Positions 63,126 through 64,000 of a stretch of 64,000 nucleotides of DNA are shown in pieces. The notes under the pieces were generated by a model. The model had not been told where the DNA came from and did not search any database. It saw only the letters and a program-made list of their open reading frames with translations. Position numbers and translations under genes: made by a program. Source of the DNA: Owenia fusiformis (lineage: Eukaryota). The stretch covers positions 33,418,001-33,482,000 of the forward strand of contig CAIIXF020000001.1 of the NCBI GenBank assembly GCA_903813345.2, in the 5' to 3' direction. Each line of letters starts with the position of its first letter. Positions within the stretch are counted from its first letter, which is position 1.

Positions 63126-64000
63126 AGGGAAAGATCAATACCCGGTGATGTCAGCGGGAAGTGGCGTTTCGTTCAGTGGATGAGCTGCGCACGCACGCAT
63201 AAATGTGATTATCCAATATAATTAGGGGAGGGCTATTTGAAATAGTTTTTGGTCTCAGGCGCGACCCAGGGCTGTTGTCTTAAGGACATTTCGTTGAAAA
63301 TGAGCCATTCGGCTGATAATTGGTAAGAGTTTGCGATCTTATAATGTATAACTGTTACTCAGACACATATTTTGACACGATTCTGTTGGAAATAAGCTTT
63401 GAACCGAGAGATATTCACGATTGGTATGCACATTTTTGATTGTGCCATTGCTTTTCCATTGCACAATCCATGTATTGATAGAAGTAACATTAATAATGCA
63501 GATTGTTTACCTTCAATACATGGCAGACACTACATATCGGTCTATTAAATACCAGTTTGTGCCTTAAATAGTTTTATATTTCCATCCACGGCCTGGAGCC
63601 TGGGTGTGTTTGTCTCTCAAGTTATGTGTATGCTTGTGCATGGACTTCTAATCACTAGCATAATTTAACGTGATGCAAACTCGACATTATAACTCATGCT
63701 GTAACATTTTGACTTCGCTGGAAAACAATAGGAATTATTTTTCTCGCCAATCAATCATACGGTCACAATCAAAATTTCAGAATGATCAATCAGGCAATGG
63801 TCCAAATCAAGTTATAACATTATATGATATTCAGCAAGAAGTCCGGTAGAAATACAGAATATTTAAACATCAAAGCTGAAAGTTAAAAGCTAATCTGTCA
63901 ATTTTCTGTCTGCAAAAGAGCGTTTACATTGATTTGACACAATAACAGACTGAGGCTTTGAAATCTAGGATTCCCCAGGAAAATATGACGTCATACTAAT

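Overview
AT-rich eukaryotic DNA, inferred to be from an invertebrate animal because the repeat types resemble those of molluscs and annelids. No intact host gene is recognisable, and the window is almost entirely nested transposable elements. The only long ORF is a 5'-truncated but uninterrupted L1/Tx1-type ORF2 (24298-27714, minus). Other retroelement remains are two CR1/L2-group LINEs, an RTE-X-like LINE, a second Tx1 3' end, a Penelope-like RT fragment and a tRNA-derived SINE. At least five families of Helentron-associated non-autonomous elements (HINE/DINE-1-like) carry internal tandem arrays. Many TIR elements can be delimited by target-site duplications (TSDs): MULE-like (9-10 bp), Transib-like (CAC ends, 5 bp), hAT-like (5, 6 and 7 bp), Kolobok-like (TTAA), Tc1/mariner (TA), Academ-like and EnSpm-like. 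Three structures stand out. (i) A 2.4-kb Transib-like element carries a spliced, decayed three-finger C2H2 zinc-finger gene instead of a transposase. (ii) A 7.4-kb MULE-like element has ~1.2-kb arms that each hold an inward-facing ATG exon with a splice donor. (iii) A 9-kb stack has three different LINE clades inserted antisense into YY1-site-rich HINE arrays. All family assignments rest on terminal structure and motifs read by eye; no database search was run.
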